Positions 60,258-64,000 of a DNA stretch of 64,000 bases are shown here, piece by piece (the first letter of the stretch is position 1; the number at the start of each line of letters is the position of its first letter). A program made the position numbers and the translations under genes. Location: assembly GCF_030144855.1 (NCBI RefSeq), contig NC_082720.1:22940001-23004000 (forward strand), given 5' to 3'. Source of the stretch: Hypanus sabinus (taxonomy: Eukaryota). A model generated the notes under the pieces. The model saw only the letters and a list, made by a program, of their open reading frames with translations. It had not been told where the DNA came from and did no database searches.

Positions 60258-63200
60258 GGTTCTTTTTTTTGTAATTTATTTTTTAATAGAAGTTCCTCAG
60301 ACAAACATTTCCATAAGATGTATTTCAGACATTGTACATATATATCACAAATCTCCACAAAGTATTTATCTGGGGTATACAGTTATAGAAAAGAGTGGAA
60401 AGAAAAAACAAGCAAAAGGCAAGAACTATGTACAAGTAGGGAGTGATCTTTTTTCTTTACAACAGATTCATTGATTTGTGAGAATAAAATCAGGCCTATG
60501 AGGCATTATGTAGTTAAACCATTTTTCTCAGTATGAATCAAATTGTTCCAGCATATGATTAAAAGATGCTGTTATCTTCTCCATTTTGTAAATTTCCATT
60601 GTAATTTCCATCCATGTATTTAAAGTTGGGCTCTCCTGTGATACCCATTTCCTAATAAGAGTCTTTTTACCAGCCACCAACAGTATATTCATTAAATATT
60701 TATCTCTTTTCAACCATTCTTGAGGTATATATCCAAAATATATGGTGTTACTCTCCAAGGGTATTTCACATTTAAAGATGTCTTGTAGGGCATTGTGTAT
60801 CCCCCTCCAATAGTTTTTAATAACAAGGCAGTCCCAAAAAATATGATAATGATTTGCATTTTGATTTCCACAATTTCTCCGGCAAACAGGGAGGTTACTA
60901 TCATAATGGGATTTTGGAGAGGGTGTAATAAAATATTTTATCAAATTTTTCCATCCAGACTCCCTCCATTTCTATGAATTGGTACACTTCCATTGATGTC
61001 TCCATATTGTTGTCCATTCTTCCTCAGATATAATTATACATCCTTCCATCTCCCACTTTGTTTTAATGTATGAAGTTGAATGTGTTTTAAGATTTAACAA
61101 CCCCTTATACATGCTAGAAATTATTCTACTGCCATTATCTGAATTATATGCTTTTCTAAAGAGCTCTATCAAGCATGTATTTGCCTTGGTTAGATATTTA
61201 AGCATCTTATTAACATATTGTCGCATCTGTAAATACCGATAAAAATCTTGTTTTTCTAATGTGTTTTTCTTTAAGCATTTCAAAACTGAACAGTGTTCCT
61301 TCTTTCATTATGTTGCAAAGAACTGTTATTGCTTTAGCTGTCCAGTCCTTAAATCTAATATCCAATTTATTTGGTGTAAAATCAGAGCCATATGCACACC
61401 ATTTAAGAATTGCAATATCTCCCTCTATGTTATATTCTTTTATAGCAGTTTTCCATATTTTAAGAGTCAATTTCACCCATGGGTTATCAATAGTATTTAT
61501 GTACCTTTGCAGGTTGTTATCAGCCAAAATTGTTTGTGTGGGGATGGGAATTACCTGCTCCTCAATGTTTTTCCATTGAGCGTCATATGATGGGTTGCAC
61601 CAACATATCTCAGCTCTCAACTGTGCTGCAAAATAATGATCTCTAAGAGAAGGCAAGCTGCATCCCCCCTTTTCCTTTGCTAATTGCAAAGTTTTGAGAC
61701 GAACTCTAGGCCTTTTACCCTGCCAAATATAGCTTGATAGCATCTTGTTCCATTCATTGAATTGATTTTGATTAATCTCTATTGGTAGAGTCTGAAAGAG
61801 ATATAACAGTCTGGGCAGTAAATTCATTTTAATAGACTCAATCCTTGAACTGAGACTGAAAAAAGGAATCAGGCTCCATCTTGCCACATCTTCCTTAACT
61901 TTTTTTTATATAAAGGCTGATAATTACATTCTGATAATTTTGTCAAATCTTTTGGCATAATGATGCCCAGATATTTGCCCAGGGTTATCGGCTTTCGATT
62001 TCTCTTGGTGGGCTATAGTAATATGAAAGTAATTGAGTTTTATCTATGTTGATCTTATATCCTGATAATTGACCATATTCTTCAAATGATGGCATCAATT
62101 TAGGTAAAGAGTATGTTGGTTGCCCCAGATAGATCAAAATGTCATCCGCATAACAAGCCAATTTATGCTCTGTCCCTTTAATAGTAATTCCCCTGATATC
62201 TTTATTTTGTTTGATGTATTGAGCTAATTGTTCCAGATATAGCGCGAAGAGTAGTGGTGACCATGCACAACCCTGTCTCGTGTCTCTTTCTAGGGTAAGA
62301 CTATTTGATAAATATCCATTGATTTTAATTCTAGCAGTAGGATTGTCATATAGTGTCTGTATAGTTATAATAATTGTGTCTTGGAAACCAAATCTATGTA
62401 AAACTCTGTAAAGGAAATTCCAATTAACTGAATCAAATGCTTTTTCAGCGTCTACGCTTATCACTATCGCTTCAATTTTATTTTTTTGATATGATCCACA
62501 ATGTGAAGTGTCCTTCGTATATTGTCTTGCATCTGGCGTTGTCATATAAAACCTGTCTGATCATTACGTATCAGTATGGGTAGAAACTCCTCTAATCATT
62601 TGGCCATGATGGAGGTAAATAACCTATAATTTTTCATTAAGAATGGATATTGGTCTAAATGACCCGCATTCCCTTTTATCCTTGCCTTCTTTCTGTATAG
62701 CTGAGATTATCTCTTCCTTCCAACTGGGTGGCATTTGTGCCTTTTTTAGAGCCCAATTCAGTATGGAGAGAAAACAGGAATTAACTCATTTTTAAATTCT
62801 TTGTAAAACTCTGCCATATCCCCATCTGATCCTGGTGACTTGCTTAATTTAAGCCTACTAATTGCAGCTGTTATTTCAACTTCAGTTATGTCAGCAGTCA
62901 TCTTTCTATTTTGTTCTTCGCTTAAAGTGGGTAACTCTAGAGAATTCAAGAAGGTGTCAATTTGGGTTATGCTTCCCCCAGAACTTTGGAATATAGCTTT
63001 TTGTAAAACACTTCAAAAGCTTCTTGAATTTCATTTAGCTTATTTTTCATCATTTTCATTCTTGAGTTCCTAATTCTATGAATTGTATTTTCTGCTATCT
63101 TTTTTTCAGTTTCCATGCCAGTATTTTCATAGATTTTGACCCACTTTCATAATGTCTCTGTTTCAGAAACATTAAGTTTTTCCTGATTTCTTGCAGAGCC

Positions 63201-64000
63201 AATTTATTTATTTCATTCCTAATTCTTTTAATTTTAATTCTAATTTTAATTTTAATTTCTTTTATTTTCCTGTGCCAAATTCAATTTGTGTTTTTTCTCC
63301 AGTTCTTTCAGCTTATTTTGTAATTCCTTTAATGTTTATTCCTTATTTTTTTCTTATATGAAGATATCACTATAATTTTCCCTCTTAAGAATGCCTTCAG
63401 AGTATCCCATAAAATGGGAGATGAAACCTCTCCATTATCATTAAATTCTATGTAGAGAACAATTTCTTTTTTAATTTGTTCCTTAATGTACGGATCATTG
63501 AATAGACTTGAATTTAGTTTCCAAATAGTGTTCTTTTGTTGTGGGTCAAAATCAACAGGTAAATATATTGTGCATGGTCACTTACATCTATTGTCCCAAT
63601 TCCACAGGTGTTTATTTTGTCTTTGTCTTTTCCAAATGTTATGAAATAGTCTATTCTTGTATATACAGAATGTGAAGCAGAATAATGAGTGTAATCCCTT
63701 CTGTCAGAGAAAAGGTCCCTCCATATATCAATTAAACCAACATCCTCAAAAAGTGTATTAACTTTTTTATGTAAAGATTTTGTTTCATAGGTTTTTCTAT
63801 TGGAAGAGTTGAAGTTTGGTTGTAATTGTAAATTTAAGTCTCCTCACATAACAGGAGACGTTCTGTTTCTGTTACCACAATATCAGTAATTTTCTGAAAG
63901 AAACCAATATCATGACACGGGGGTGTGTATATATTCAATAGAGTAACTGAATTGCCATCTATATTCCCCCTTACCTGAATATATATGCCTTCTTTATCTC
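60258..64000 (-). mobile_element. L1-clade LINE ORF2 (runs off the window), second L1 family
   Basis: SVDAEKAFDSVNW, TRQGCAWSPLLF, CYADD and LPRLLYLFQTLP motifs; poly-A-like 3' end at about 60260-60285. Confidence 0.9.

Overview
Repeat-dense vertebrate DNA. The transposon complement (CR1 with an esterase ORF1, Rex1/Babar, L1, Penelope, Gmr1-type and PNMA-gag Gypsy elements) suggests a cartilaginous fish; this is inference. The host-gene content is a minus-strand tandem array of TIM-family (HAVCR1/TIMD4-like) IgV exons: V_C (41685-42036, frameshifted, with its own leader exon), V_B (20535-20882, intact, with its own leader exon), V_A (18783-19130, intact but with no leader) and V_0 (520-~2830, split by a CR1). 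V_A is joined behind V_B at a microhomology junction, so one leader can feed two V exons. The V exons differ mostly in the BC/CC' loops and in the phosphatidylserine-binding FG loop (WFND vs LFND). I could not find convincing mucin, transmembrane or cytoplasmic exons between the cassettes. The second notable item is a very young non-autonomous Gypsy element (6546-10533) whose single 773-codon ORF fuses degenerate gag-PR-RT to an intronless myosin heavy chain rod fragment. Also present: two Gmr1-type Gypsy elements in a tail-to-tail inverted pair, a full-length CR1 with a nested Rex1/Babar, a Penelope with inverted pLTRs, two L1s, solo LTRs and one assembly gap. All alignments were done by eye and family names come from recalled motifs, not database searches.
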